From Fidelibacterota bacterium (GTDB taxonomy: Bacteria; Fidelibacterota; Fidelibacteria; Fidelibacterales; Fidelibacteraceae): DNA of 56,327 nucleotides. Positions within the stretch are counted from its first letter, which is position 1, and each line of letters opens with the position of its first letter. Position numbers and translations under genes: made by a program. The stretch spans positions 1-56,327 of the forward strand of contig JAYEOX010000027.1 of the NCBI GenBank assembly GCA_034723415.1, written 5' to 3'. Shown in pieces: positions 17,438-28,307 of this stretch. The notes beneath the pieces are model-generated. The model ran no database searches, was not told the DNA's origin, and worked only from the letters and a program-made list of their open reading frames with translations.

Positions 17438-20400
17438 TTGGTATCACATAAAAAAGTAAAATTTTTTATTTTTGTATATATTTTTGGCATTAGTTTATTA
17501 ATAATGTCACATTTTAATTTTGGAATAAATTATGGATTCCATTATTTGCAAGATTTTTTAATAAAAAAAATGGGATATAATATTAATTTAGGAGAATTTA
17601 ATTCTAACATTAATTCCTATTTAAATGCTAATAGAGTTTCATTTTCAAACAAAGATTCAACATTTATTATTGATGTAGATTCATTAAATATAAAATATAA
17701 TGGAGTAGCTAAACTACTTGGGAGAAAACACATTGATTATTTAAAATTAAAATCTCCCATAATCACAATTAATATGAGTGATTTAAAAGAAAACAATGAA
17801 ATTGTATTCCCAAAGATTAATTTTGGAAAAATAATAATTGATAATGCCCAAATAAATATTATAAAAAATGAAAAAGATTCAATTAAGTTTGAAGATTTTT
17901 CGGGGAAGATTTCTCTGTTTAGCAGTAAAAAATCAGTTGCAATTACTGTGAAAGATCTATCTTTTTTTCAACGTAATATTGATAAAAATATTAAAAAATT
18001 AAGTGCAAAATTATTGATAAAAAATGGTATAATTAAATTTAAGGATCTATTGTGTGAAAGCAATAATTTAAATATTGAATCCGAAGGTAAGGTAAAAATT
18101 GAATCACCGAATCAATTTAAAATTGAAGTAGCTATAGACAGATTAAATCCAGATTCATTGTTTAAAAAATCAGATTCGCTATTTTTTGAAAATGATGTTG
18201 TTGATATTTTTGCAAATTTGTCAGGCAACAAGGAAAAAGTAAATGCTACTATGAGAATTGTGGGTATTTTTCGTGGCAAGATTATTGATAATTTAGAGAC
18301 AGAAGTTAGATATTCAAATAAAGAAATTAGAATATACTCTTTGTCATTTATTAATTCATTAGTTAATATGAACTTATCAGGAAATTATAGCTTTGATAAT
18401 AATTATAATTTGAAAATTAATTTAAAAAATAGTTATCCCAGCTTTATGGGAATTTCAACTGGTTCTTTAAATGTTTCAGGAGATGTAGATATAAATGGGA
18501 ATTTAAAAGGAAACAATTTTGTTAATTATGATATTAGTTGTAAAAATGTAATGGATGGATATATTCCTCGAATGTATGGGAAGATCAATATTAGTAAAAA
18601 TAAAATAAAGTTACTTGATACTAATAAAGTGTTTTTTGAAGATGGACATGCAGAAATTCATGGTGAGATAACTAAAGGGAAAACGATCAATTTATTTACT
18701 GAAATGCATTTAAATTCTTTTAAAAATATACCCTATCTCAGTAAGTATGATCTCTTTGCAAAAAATATTATTCATAGAAACCATATTTTTGGTAATTTAA
18801 AAAGTCCAAATATTGTGGGAAGAATTTACTCAGACGATATAAATTATAAAGATTACGGTTTTGGGAGTATTAATTGTACATTTAATCTAAAAGATGTTAT
18901 TGATCAAAGAAGTGGAGAAGCATATTTAAATATTTCTAATATGATAAAAGGTAAAGTTAAAATTAAGTCAGCTGAATCTTTAATTGAGTTATCAAAGGAT
19001 ACAATAAATTTTAACTTTATAGAATTACGTGGTGATAAAGGTTATATGGAATTGTCGGGTAAGTTAAATAATTATTCCATTTTTAATATCACAAATATTT
19101 ATGTTGAACATTCAGGAAATGAAATAAAACTGCAAAATCCATTTCAAATAAATTATAGCGATGACATCTTGAAAATAGCACCATTTGAATTTAATATAAA
19201 TGAAGGTAAGCTTTATGGTAAGCTGAATTTAATGCAAAATAATGACATTCAATCTAATGTAATATTTAAAAATATTAACATTGGAGAAATTTTTGAAAAA
19301 AGTAAAATAAATATGCCAATATCAGGTAAATTAAGTGGAGCAGTAAATGTAGAAGGAAATTTAAATTCACCTAAGATAACAACAATAATTAATTCAGAGA
19401 ATGGAAAGATCAATAAATTAGATTATAATAGATTAATCGGAAATATAAGCTATAGTGATTCTACTATTTTTGTGAATAATTTTAAATTGGAAGATGCTGA
19501 TGAAAAAACAATATCAATATTTGGGGAATTACCATTTTATTTAAATATTAATGATAAAATATATGATTTCTATGATTCTCAACCAATAAATTTAAACATT
19601 GTATTTAATGATATTGAATTAATGAAATATAACCAATTTTTTCCGAAAAGATTGAAAATCGGTGGAATGTTGACCAGTATTTTAACTGTTAATGGTTCTT
19701 ATAGTGATCCAACAATTAGTTTCCCTATCAAAATAATAGGCCCTATTATAAATAAAATTAATCTTGAATCAGCAAAAATAAATATTCAATATTCAGACAA
19801 AAAATTATATTTAAATGATATAAATTTTATTTCCAAAAATGGCGAATATAATGGATACGGATATTTTCCTATGGATCTGTCTTTAGTCAAAAATAATAAT
19901 ATTTTAGATAAAAATGATTCGATATATTTTACGATAACATCTGAAGATAATAATTTAACCTATTTAACTCCTTTTCTTAGAAGTGTAGAACAAGTAAATG
20001 GGAATATATTTACTACTTTAACTTTAAATGGAACTTATAACAATCCAATTCGTAATGGTAAAATAAAAATAAAAGATTCTGACATGACCATTGATAAATT
20101 AAAAAATGATATAAAAAATATTGATGGTAACTTTATCTTAAAAGATAATATAATGGATGTAGATTTAGAGGGTTCTTTATTCAAATCAGTAAGTTCCATA
20201 ATGAATATACTTGGAATAGAAAAAGATGAATACAGCGTAGACAGTTCTAATATTGATATTAGTGGAAAGATGGATATGAGTAAATTTTTTAGGCCAAGTT
20301 ATGATTTGAAAATAAAAGGAAAAGATGTGAATATTTTGACACTTTCAGATGATGTAGATATAAGTGGAGATATGAAATTAAATGTTAGTGGTAAAGATAC

Positions 20401-21208
20401 GATTACTGTCGATGGTGTTTTCCAAACTAATGAAGGAGTTTTAAGGATACCATTCGGAAGTAAAACAAAATGGCTATTAGAGGAAAGAAAAAACAGAAAA
20501 GTTAAATTTGAATATGAAATTAATGTGCCAATGGAACAAAATATTTACTTAAAGAACAATTTTGTTGATGTTGAATTAGATGGAGAAGTAATCTTAAAAA
20601 GAGATATAGATGGAAATAAAACGATAGGTGGAGAATTGAACATTATAGATGGTTTCTTTTACTATTATAGTGTAATATTCGATGTTGAATATGGGAAAAT
20701 AATATTTGATCCAATTGATGGAAATCATTCCTTAAATTTTCGTGCTATTAAAAAAATAGATGATAATAATCAAATAATTGCAATGCTAACTGGTGAAGTA
20801 GAAAGCCCGGAAATAAGGCTCTATGATGAAAACAATATGTATACACAATCAGAATTAATTCAAATATTAACAATTGGTAATACAGCCGGATCTGTTAAGG
20901 AAATATCAGGAAATTTATTGACAAATATTGCAGAAGTAGGGATTGAGCAACAGATGAATAATTTAGATATTATACAAAAAATTGATTTAAGAACAGGAAC
21001 AAGTTTAACCGATATCGATAGTACTTCAGTAAAAATTGGTAGTCGTTTGGGAAAGAATATTTATTTTACTATTGAGAGTGCACCCTTAAGTGATGAAGCA
21101 TTAAAGTCCTTGGAATTAGAATATAGAATAAACAAAAACCTATCAATTGTTGGAACGGCAGATGAAAAAAGTGCATCCGGCTCAGTTAGATTAAGATTTC
21201 AATACTAA
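17438..21208 (+). CDS. tamB: Translocation and assembly module protein TamB-like (AsmA-like/DUF490), TTG start
   Basis: 1256 aa with an N-terminal TM anchor and a long beta-rich repetitive body. The C-terminus is DUF490-like (LELEYRINKNLSIVGT...VRLRFQY). It is followed by an Omp85 gene. Confidence 0.75.
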   Translation: MVSHKKVKFFIFVYIFGISLLIMSHFNFGINYGFHYLQDFLIKKMGYNINLGEFNSNINSYLNANRVSFSNKDSTFIIDVDSLNIKYNGVAKLLGRKHIDYLKLKSPIITINMSDLKENNEIVFPKINFGKIIIDNAQINIIKNEKDSIKFEDFSGKISLFSSKKSVAITVKDLSFFQRNIDKNIKKLSAKLLIKNGIIKFKDLLCESNNLNIESEGKVKIESPNQFKIEVAIDRLNPDSLFKKSDSLFFENDVVDIFANLSGNKEKVNATMRIVGIFRGKIIDNLETEVRYSNKEIRIYSLSFINSLVNMNLSGNYSFDNNYNLKINLKNSYPSFMGISTGSLNVSGDVDINGNLKGNNFVNYDISCKNVMDGYIPRMYGKINISKNKIKLLDTNKVFFEDGHAEIHGEITKGKTINLFTEMHLNSFKNIPYLSKYDLFAKNIIHRNHIFGNLKSPNIVGRIYSDDINYKDYGFGSINCTFNLKDVIDQRSGEAYLNISNMIKGKVKIKSAESLIELSKDTINFNFIELRGDKGYMELSGKLNNYSIFNITNIYVEHSGNEIKLQNPFQINYSDDILKIAPFEFNINEGKLYGKLNLMQNNDIQSNVIFKNINIGEIFEKSKINMPISGKLSGAVNVEGNLNSPKITTIINSENGKINKLDYNRLIGNISYSDSTIFVNNFKLEDADEKTISIFGELPFYLNINDKIYDFYDSQPINLNIVFNDIELMKYNQFFPKRLKIGGMLTSILTVNGSYSDPTISFPIKIIGPIINKINLESAKINIQYSDKKLYLNDINFISKNGEYNGYGYFPMDLSLVKNNNILDKNDSIYFTITSEDNNLTYLTPFLRSVEQVNGNIFTTLTLNGTYNNPIRNGKIKIKDSDMTIDKLKNDIKNIDGNFILKDNIMDVDLEGSLFKSVSSIMNILGIEKDEYSVDSSNIDISGKMDMSKFFRPSYDLKIKGKDVNILTLSDDVDISGDMKLNVSGKDTITVDGVFQTNEGVLRIPFGSKTKWLLEERKNRKVKFEYEINVPMEQNIYLKNNFVDVELDGEVILKRDIDGNKTIGGELNIIDGFFYYYSVIFDVEYGKIIFDPIDGNHSLNFRAIKKIDDNNQIIAMLTGEVESPEIRLYDENNMYTQSELIQILTIGNTAGSVKEISGNLLTNIAEVGIEQQMNNLDIIQKIDLRTGTSLTDIDSTSVKIGSRLGKNIYFTIESAPLSDEALKSLELEYRINKNLSIVGTADEKSASGSVRLRFQY

Positions 21209-21221
21209 TATTTTATTTAAA

Positions 21222-23102
21222 ATGAAGTTATTAAAATACATACATAAATTTAAATTTTTCATGGTTTTTACCATAATAATTATATCCTGTCATCTATTTG
21301 CAACGACAAACGAAAATGAGATAGAAACTGAAATTGTAAAAATTAATTACATTGGTAACAACAATATAAATGCTAAAAAGATTAACAAAATTTTAAATGT
21401 GAGAATCGATAATACTAAAAAATATAAAGATGGATTCAATAAACGACTAATTAAGTTAGAAGAAGAGAGAATTAAATACCTGTATATTTCTAAAGGTTAT
21501 ATGAATTGTCAAGTATCTGATTCTTTATTTGTTAATTCGCACAATCAACTTAATATTATTTATAAAATTAGAGAAGGGGAAAAATATTTATTAAATAAAC
21601 TTCCAATAATTGGAAATAAAGTTTTAGAAAAAGAAGATATTCTAAAAATATTAGATTTACAATTCAATAAATATTTTAATATTTTCAGTTTTAAGGATAA
21701 GTTGAAATTATTAAAAAACAAATATGGTCAATTAGGTTATGCATATGCTGAGATAAATTATGAAATGAATAATGATCCGGATTTAGAAATAACAATAAAA
21801 ATTGATGAAAATGAAAAATATTTCATAAAAGATATAAATATTAGCGGGTTAAAAAAAATAAAAGATAGTGCAATAAAGAAACAATTAAATATTAAATCCG
21901 AAGATAGATATGATCTTGGTAAAATAAAACAAAGTCGAAGGCGAATAATTGAATTGGGAATGTGCAATAGTGTAAATATAGTTCCAGAAAATAGAAATAT
22001 TGATAGTCAATATGTTGATTTGCATATTAAAATTTCTGAAGCATTAGAACACAGATGGGATGCTAATTTTGGTTTTAGACAAGGGAGAGTTGAATTTGTC
22101 AATCATTCTTATTTATTTTCACAAATTGATTGGACACATAAAAATATCTTTAGTAGGGCACATCGGCTCAGTATTAGTAGTTCGATAAATTTATTAATGA
22201 ACCAAATTTTTGATCTTAAAAATACTCAATTTTCTTATGATGTTCAATTGAGTTATCGTGTTCCTATTATTTGGAAATATCATTTACCAACAACAATTTC
22301 ATTATATCAAAAAAAGGATGTCTATTCTCCGTTTAATAAGATTAAAATCGATAAAAATGATGAATTAATTACAAAAGGTTTATCTGTATTATCGAATTAT
22401 AAACCTGATCGGAAATTCCAGATATCTATGGGTTATACTTTAAGAGAAATAGAAAGTATTTTATCACAAGAAAGATCTGAATTACAGAATAGGGTTTCAA
22501 TTATCTCAAAATATGATAATCGTGATAATTTTTTATATCCTCATAACGGATTTAATATTAGATTATCTACTGATTTTGTAAATAGTTTTGAAGGAAATTT
22601 TTCTCAATATATTCGGTGGGAAATGTCTGTGGCAAAATATTTTTCAATATTTAAAAATACGGTTTTGGCAAGTAGAATAGCGATTGGTGAGATATATAAT
22701 TTTTCTGAATATGATCCTTTAACCGCATTGTTTAGAATGGGTACAGAAACATCAGTTAGAGGTTGGACACAATCAATTGGTGATGAATATTTAACTACAG
22801 ATAGTTTAACTGTTTATGCCGGTTATAATGAAGTATTAGCAAATTTAGAATATCGTATTCCACTATTTTGGATATTTGGAGCAGAATTTTTTATTGATGC
22901 AGGACAACTAAAAAACAATTTTAAAGATGTTTTTCAATTGAATGAATATTATATTAGTGCTGGTGGAGGTATTAGAATAGAATCACCGGTCGGTCCTATT
23001 CGATTTGAAGTGCCATTTGTAATTAATGATCCTTCCGGAAAAAAGAAATTTGGAGACCAAACTGAGATAAAAATAATAATTGCTATTTTATTTGCTTATT
23101 AA
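21222..23102 (+). CDS. Omp85-family outer-membrane protein (BamA/TamA-like)
   Basis: Signal sequence, POTRA-like repeats (I.I.GN..I....I), and a C-terminal beta-barrel ending in aromatic ...ILFAY. Confidence 0.8.
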   Translation: MKLLKYIHKFKFFMVFTIIIISCHLFATTNENEIETEIVKINYIGNNNINAKKINKILNVRIDNTKKYKDGFNKRLIKLEEERIKYLYISKGYMNCQVSDSLFVNSHNQLNIIYKIREGEKYLLNKLPIIGNKVLEKEDILKILDLQFNKYFNIFSFKDKLKLLKNKYGQLGYAYAEINYEMNNDPDLEITIKIDENEKYFIKDINISGLKKIKDSAIKKQLNIKSEDRYDLGKIKQSRRRIIELGMCNSVNIVPENRNIDSQYVDLHIKISEALEHRWDANFGFRQGRVEFVNHSYLFSQIDWTHKNIFSRAHRLSISSSINLLMNQIFDLKNTQFSYDVQLSYRVPIIWKYHLPTTISLYQKKDVYSPFNKIKIDKNDELITKGLSVLSNYKPDRKFQISMGYTLREIESILSQERSELQNRVSIISKYDNRDNFLYPHNGFNIRLSTDFVNSFEGNFSQYIRWEMSVAKYFSIFKNTVLASRIAIGEIYNFSEYDPLTALFRMGTETSVRGWTQSIGDEYLTTDSLTVYAGYNEVLANLEYRIPLFWIFGAEFFIDAGQLKNNFKDVFQLNEYYISAGGGIRIESPVGPIRFEVPFVINDPSGKKKFGDQTEIKIIIAILFAY

Positions 23103-23167
23103 TTTTATTAAATTAGGAACAAAATTATGAGAAGTTCATAGTAAAAATAAAAAAGAAGGAGAAAGAA

Positions 23168-23680
23168 ATGAAAAAAGTGTTTGCATTGGTTTTTGTAACA
23201 TTATTATTGTTAACAAGTTGTGCTGATAATAGAACAGCTGATGAAATTTTTAGTGATGTTAAAAAAATGGTCAAAGAAAAAGAGTATGAAAAAGCAGTTG
23301 ATGATTTAAAATTAATTCCAAAAAGGTTTCCCGAAGATTCTTTAGTAGTAGAAAGTATATATAAAATTGCTGAAATTAATATGCAGAACATGCATGATTT
23401 TGAGAAAGCAGCACAAAATTATAGTAAACTTGCAGATAATTATCCATCTTCAGAATATGCAACTAAATCAAGATTTATGGCAGGTTTTTTATTCGCAAAC
23501 AAGATAAAAGATTTAGAAAAAGCAAAAGAAGAATATAGTAAATTTTTACAAGAATATCCCAGTCATGAATTAATACAATCGGTTGAATTTGAATTAAGAA
23601 ACTTAGGTGTTCCCGTTGAAAAAATTGATGAATTGAAAGATATTGTTGGAAAAAAAGATTCTGTAGAAGTAAAAAAATAG
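23168..23680 (+). CDS. TPR-like lipoprotein (YbgF/BamD-like)
   Basis: Lipobox LLLTSC. Helical repeats with the ...YP.S.YA..A.F pattern. Lies 10 nt upstream of moxR. Confidence 0.6.
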   Translation: MKKVFALVFVTLLLLTSCADNRTADEIFSDVKKMVKEKEYEKAVDDLKLIPKRFPEDSLVVESIYKIAEINMQNMHDFEKAAQNYSKLADNYPSSEYATKSRFMAGFLFANKIKDLEKAKEEYSKFLQEYPSHELIQSVEFELRNLGVPVEKIDELKDIVGKKDSVEVKK

Positions 23681-23690
23681 AGGTAAATAG

Positions 23691-24683
23691 ATGAAATTTG
23701 ATCTTCAATTGCTGAATGAACAAATTAAAAGTGAAAGTAAATTCATTCAGCAAATCCAAACTGAGTTAAGCAAAGTATTGATCGGACAAAAAAATATGGT
23801 TCGTCGTTTATTGATCGGATTATTATCAGACGGACATATCTTATTGGAAGGTGTTCCGGGATTAGCAAAGACATTAGCTGTGAAGTCATTAGCTCAAGCT
23901 ATTAATACAGAATTCCACAGATTACAGTTTACACCTGATTTATTACCATCTGATTTAATTGGAACTCTTGTGTATAATCAAAAGGAATCAACCTTTGATG
24001 TAAAAAAAGGTCCGATTTTTGCAAATATTATTCTTGCAGATGAAATAAATCGTTCACCTGCAAAAGTACAATCTGCATTATTGGAAGCGATGCAAGAACG
24101 ACAAGTTACTATCGGAGACAAAACATATAAATTAGATGAGCCATTTTTAGTATTGGCAACTCAAAATCCGATAGAGCAAGAGGGAACATATCCGCTACCT
24201 GAAGCTCAAGTAGATCGTTTTATGTTAAAAGTTAAGATCGATTATCCTTCGCAGGAAGAAGAATTACAAATTTTGGATCTTATGACTGGAAATAAACTTC
24301 CGGATGAAATAGAAAATATAGTTAAAACTGATGTAATATTAAAAGCAAAAAAGGTAGTAAGGAATATTTATGTTGATGAAAAAATACATAAATATGTTAC
24401 AGATCTGGTATTTGCAACTCGTTATCCTAAAAAATATGGTTTAGAAAATATTAGTGAACTTATTGATTATGGGGCATCGCCAAGAGCTTCTATTAATTTG
24501 ATCAATGCAGCAAAAGCGAATGCATTTTTAAATAAAAGAGGATATGTAACACCGGAAGATATTCGAGAATTGGGTCACGATGTATTGCGTCATAGGTTAA
24601 TTTTATCATTCGAAGCTGAGGCAGAAGAGATAACAGTAGAAGATATAATAAAGACGATATTTGATACGATTCCAGTTCCATAA
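23691..24683 (+). CDS. MoxR-family AAA+ ATPase
   Basis: Walker A GVPGLAKT, Walker B ILADEINR, and the MoxR signature ATQNPIEQEGTYPLPEAQVDRF. Confidence 0.95.
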   Translation: MKFDLQLLNEQIKSESKFIQQIQTELSKVLIGQKNMVRRLLIGLLSDGHILLEGVPGLAKTLAVKSLAQAINTEFHRLQFTPDLLPSDLIGTLVYNQKESTFDVKKGPIFANIILADEINRSPAKVQSALLEAMQERQVTIGDKTYKLDEPFLVLATQNPIEQEGTYPLPEAQVDRFMLKVKIDYPSQEEELQILDLMTGNKLPDEIENIVKTDVILKAKKVVRNIYVDEKIHKYVTDLVFATRYPKKYGLENISELIDYGASPRASINLINAAKANAFLNKRGYVTPEDIRELGHDVLRHRLILSFEAEAEEITVEDIIKTIFDTIPVP

Positions 24684-24840
24684 TTGAAAAATAATTCGTT
24701 ATTAAAAGTTTTCATAAGGTGTGAATCTTACAGAATAAAACAGTTTTATGATAAATACGAAGATTGTGAAATCATGTCTGCGCTGTCGTCAAAAAATAGC
24801 AAGTGTTAATTATTATCGTGAATGAAAGTAAAAAATTAAT

Positions 24841-25719
24841 ATGATCCCAAAAGAAATATTAAAAAAAGTAAAACGAATAGAAATTCAAACTCGAAAAATG
24901 GTAAATGATGTTTTTTCAGGTGAATATCATTCAATATTTAAGGGAAGAGGAATGTCATTTTCCGAAGTTAGAGAATATCAACGTGGTGATGATGTACGTT
25001 TAATCGATTGGAATGTTACTGCTCGACAGAATCATCCTTATATTAAAGTTATGGAAGAAGAGAGAGAACTGACAGTTTATTTTGCCGTAGATATTTCACA
25101 TTCCGGTCATTTTGGGTCTGTCCAACAATATAAAAGTGAAATAGCTGCAGAAATTTGCAGCGTATTATCATTTAGTGCAATTAGAAATAATGATAAAGTC
25201 GGAATGTTAAGTTTTTCAGATGACATTGAAAAGTATATTTCACCTCGTAAAGGAAAATCAAATGGTTTAAGAGTGATAAGGGAAATTTTATATGGGAAAT
25301 CTAAATCTGGTTCAACAGACATAGGAAATGCATTAGGATATTTATCAAAACTTATTACTAAAAAAAGTGTAGTTTTTGTAGTTAGTGATTTTTATGATCT
25401 GAATTTTGAAAAGTCATTAAAAGTGTTGTCAAATAAACATGATGTAATACTAATTCAAATAATAGATCCGATGGATCGTGTACTGCCAAATATGGGTTTA
25501 ATGGCATTTCGTGATGCAGAAACCGGTGATAAAAGAATAATTGATACACTTGATAAAAAGAAACAATCGGAATATACTGTTCATTTTTTAAAACGCCAAA
25601 ATAATTTAGAAAGAATCGTAAAAAAAAGTAATGTTGATCTAATAAATATTGAGACAGATAAATCCTATATTCTCCCATTAACAAAATTTTTCAAAAAAAG
25701 AGGGAAAATGTTCCATTGA
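24841..25719 (+). CDS. DUF58 (vWA-like) protein, MoxR partner
   Basis: N-terminus KRIEIQTRKMVNDVFSGEYHSIFKGRGMSFSEVREYQRGDDVRLIDWN is the DUF58 hallmark. Confidence 0.9.
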   Translation: MIPKEILKKVKRIEIQTRKMVNDVFSGEYHSIFKGRGMSFSEVREYQRGDDVRLIDWNVTARQNHPYIKVMEEERELTVYFAVDISHSGHFGSVQQYKSEIAAEICSVLSFSAIRNNDKVGMLSFSDDIEKYISPRKGKSNGLRVIREILYGKSKSGSTDIGNALGYLSKLITKKSVVFVVSDFYDLNFEKSLKVLSNKHDVILIQIIDPMDRVLPNMGLMAFRDAETGDKRIIDTLDKKKQSEYTVHFLKRQNNLERIVKKSNVDLINIETDKSYILPLTKFFKKRGKMFH

Positions 25720-26603
25720 AAAAAATTATCATTCTTTTAATATTTTATTTTTCAGTCGCATTTGGTCAAATTACGATTAATAGCGATATTACACCGACAA
25801 AGGGATATATTGGAAATATTTTTAAATATGAAATTGAAGTTATTTTTTCTTCAAAATATAAAGTTGAAATTCCTAAATTTTCTGATGAAAAAATTGGTAA
25901 TTTTGAAATATTGTCTAAAGATATTTCAACAAAAAGAGATGATAAAGAAAATTTTGTAAATAAATTATCATTTGAAATTGTAACATTTGATACAGGTTGG
26001 CAAGAAATTTCCCCTGTACAAATTGGATTTCAAGATACGGTAAATAAATCAAAAGCCGAATATAAATATTCAGATGCCAAAAATGTTTTTATTTTTTCAG
26101 CAATGGATTCTGTAAAGAATGTTGTCGATGTAAAACCTCCATTTTCATTAAGAATATTTTCTGTTTGGGATTGGATTATAATTGTTATTCTTTTATCTGT
26201 ATTAGCTGGTTTGATTTGGTACGGAATAATTAAAAAACGAAAAAAAATAATAAAGAAAGAACCAAAATATGAATTAACACCAATGGAAACTACAATCAAA
26301 GAATTAGAAATACTAAAGAGTAAAGATTATTTAGAAAATAAACTATGGAAAGAATTTTATATTGAATTAACATTTATAATAAAGAAATTTTATGAAGAAT
26401 ATTATTTTATTCATTTAAAAGAGTCCACTACAGAAGAAATATTACCTACGATGAAGGAAGCAATCCCAAAGAAAGAATATGAATTTTTTAAAAAGCTATT
26501 TACATCATCAGATTTTGTTAAATTTGCAAAACAAGAGAGTAATTTAAAAAGATGTGAAGATGATTTTGATCGAGTTAAAGAAATAATTATATCATATAAG
26601 TAA
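25716..26603 (+). CDS. Membrane protein of unknown function (BatD/DUF4381-like position in a Bat-type operon)
   Basis: Signal peptide, one central TM (WDWIIIVILLSVLAGLIWYGII) and a helical C-terminus. TTGA overlap with the DUF58 stop suggests translational coupling. Confidence 0.55.
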   Translation: MKKIIILLIFYFSVAFGQITINSDITPTKGYIGNIFKYEIEVIFSSKYKVEIPKFSDEKIGNFEILSKDISTKRDDKENFVNKLSFEIVTFDTGWQEISPVQIGFQDTVNKSKAEYKYSDAKNVFIFSAMDSVKNVVDVKPPFSLRIFSVWDWIIIVILLSVLAGLIWYGIIKKRKKIIKKEPKYELTPMETTIKELEILKSKDYLENKLWKEFYIELTFIIKKFYEEYYFIHLKESTTEEILPTMKEAIPKKEYEFFKKLFTSSDFVKFAKQESNLKRCEDDFDRVKEIIISYK

Positions 26604-26796
26604 ATTTATTAATTGGGATAGAAAGAAACATGGTGTCCATTCATAAAATATATTTCTCATTAATAAAATAATAAATTATTAACTGGATATCATGTAGTTT
26701 TAATTTACAAATTTGGTGTAAAATATTAGTTGACTATTAGATAATAAATAATTAAATTATAATCTTTAAAATACTTGAAAAATATTAAGGTGAAAC

Positions 26797-28293
26797 ATTA
26801 ATACAATATATTCGACATTCTTCAAGCAATCAAAAGCAAAGCCAAATGACATATTCATTTATGATAAGAAAAATATGGAAGAACTTACTTTTCAGAAAGT
26901 ATTGGAAAATTCTTTAAGGGTAGCAAGTTTGTTAAAAAACACCGGCGTTGGTAAAGGGATGAGAGTTGCAGTGATGTTAGAAAATTCCAGTGAATTTATC
27001 TATACTTATTTAGCATTAATACGTTTAGAGGCAATAGTGATCCCAATTAATACAAAATTCAAGTCATTGGCACTTCGTCAGATATTAAGTGATAGTGAAG
27101 CGAAATGTTTGATATTTTCCGTAAAATATGAAAATGATATTATTACTGCAACAGACATATTGGATAATGTTGAAATTTTCATTTCATTGGAAGATGACAG
27201 CTCTTTTACTAACAATTATTTGTGTAAATTTAATGATTATGCTTTATTTGGTGGGCCCTATAATCTTAAGAATGATTCTCAGTCAGTTATTTTTTATAGT
27301 GAGGGATCTACAGGTCCGTCTAAAGGTGTCATTTATAATCAACAAGCACTTATTGATAATGCGAATGCTTTTCAGAGTGCATTATTAATAAAAGGAAATT
27401 ATAAAATATTTGCTCAATTCCCATTTTCCCACTATTTCTCGATGACATCAATCATTAATAATTCTCTTATAACGGGAATTCCTATTATTATTTCAGATAA
27501 TTTAAGTAACATTGATAGTGTATCTAATGGGAAGGATATAATTCTCATTGCGACTCCTAATTTTTATGAAAATATTTCTAAAGCTGATTCATTAAATAAT
27601 ACCGATCACATTCAGTTTTGTATTAGTGGTGGCGGAAGATTGAAACCTGAAGTTACAGAATATTTCTTAAAAAATTATAATTTACCCATTTATAAAAGTT
27701 ATGGAATGATCGAAGCAGGACCAATAATTTTAGTAAATACAAATGAAAAAAAGATAAATTCTATTGGAATACCTCTACATGATATTTCTGTAGCAATAAT
27801 GAAAGATGAAGAATTTTTAAGATCGAAAGAAATAGGGGAAATCTGTATTAGAGATACAAATATAGTTAAAAAATATTGCTCAAAAAATGTCAAGATTGAC
27901 AGTTGTATTTTAGTAGGTTGGTATCAATCAGGAGATCTTGGTTATCAAGATATAGATGGATATTTTTATTTTGTCGATAGAAAAATAAACAGAATTAATA
28001 AAAATGGATTTGACGTCTATCCAGAGATTATTGAAAATGAGCTTCATAAACACGATTTAATAAAGGAAGTTGCTGTAGTTGGAGCACCTATTAGTAAAAC
28101 GACACAAAAAATAGTAGCAAATATTGTTACAACTAACAAAAGAGCAATAAACTCAAAAGAACTTGTTTCGTTTTTAGAAAATAAAATACCAAAATATCAA
28201 ATTCCAGATGAATTTGCATTTTTAGATCACTTGCCCAAAAATGCAACCGGAAAAATAGCAAGACAATCACTAAGAAGAAAAAACACAACATAG
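26797..28293 (+). CDS. AMP-dependent synthetase/ligase (acyl-CoA ligase-like); proposed non-ATG start
   Basis: Adenylation motifs YSEGSTGPSKGV, YGMIEAGP, GDLGYQDIDGYFYFVDRK and PKNATGKIAR. The family-typical N-terminus (TIYSTFFKQSKAKPNDIFIYDKKN) is in frame upstream of the first ATG (26875). The only candidate starts there are ATT 26797 (AAGG SD at 26787-26790) and ATA 26806. Confidence 0.7.
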   Translation: MNTIYSTFFKQSKAKPNDIFIYDKKNMEELTFQKVLENSLRVASLLKNTGVGKGMRVAVMLENSSEFIYTYLALIRLEAIVIPINTKFKSLALRQILSDSEAKCLIFSVKYENDIITATDILDNVEIFISLEDDSSFTNNYLCKFNDYALFGGPYNLKNDSQSVIFYSEGSTGPSKGVIYNQQALIDNANAFQSALLIKGNYKIFAQFPFSHYFSMTSIINNSLITGIPIIISDNLSNIDSVSNGKDIILIATPNFYENISKADSLNNTDHIQFCISGGGRLKPEVTEYFLKNYNLPIYKSYGMIEAGPIILVNTNEKKINSIGIPLHDISVAIMKDEEFLRSKEIGEICIRDTNIVKKYCSKNVKIDSCILVGWYQSGDLGYQDIDGYFYFVDRKINRINKNGFDVYPEIIENELHKHDLIKEVAVVGAPISKTTQKIVANIVTTNKRAINSKELVSFLENKIPKYQIPDEFAFLDHLPKNATGKIARQSLRRKNTT

Positions 28294-28307
28294 ATTGGAG
28301 GAAAATA

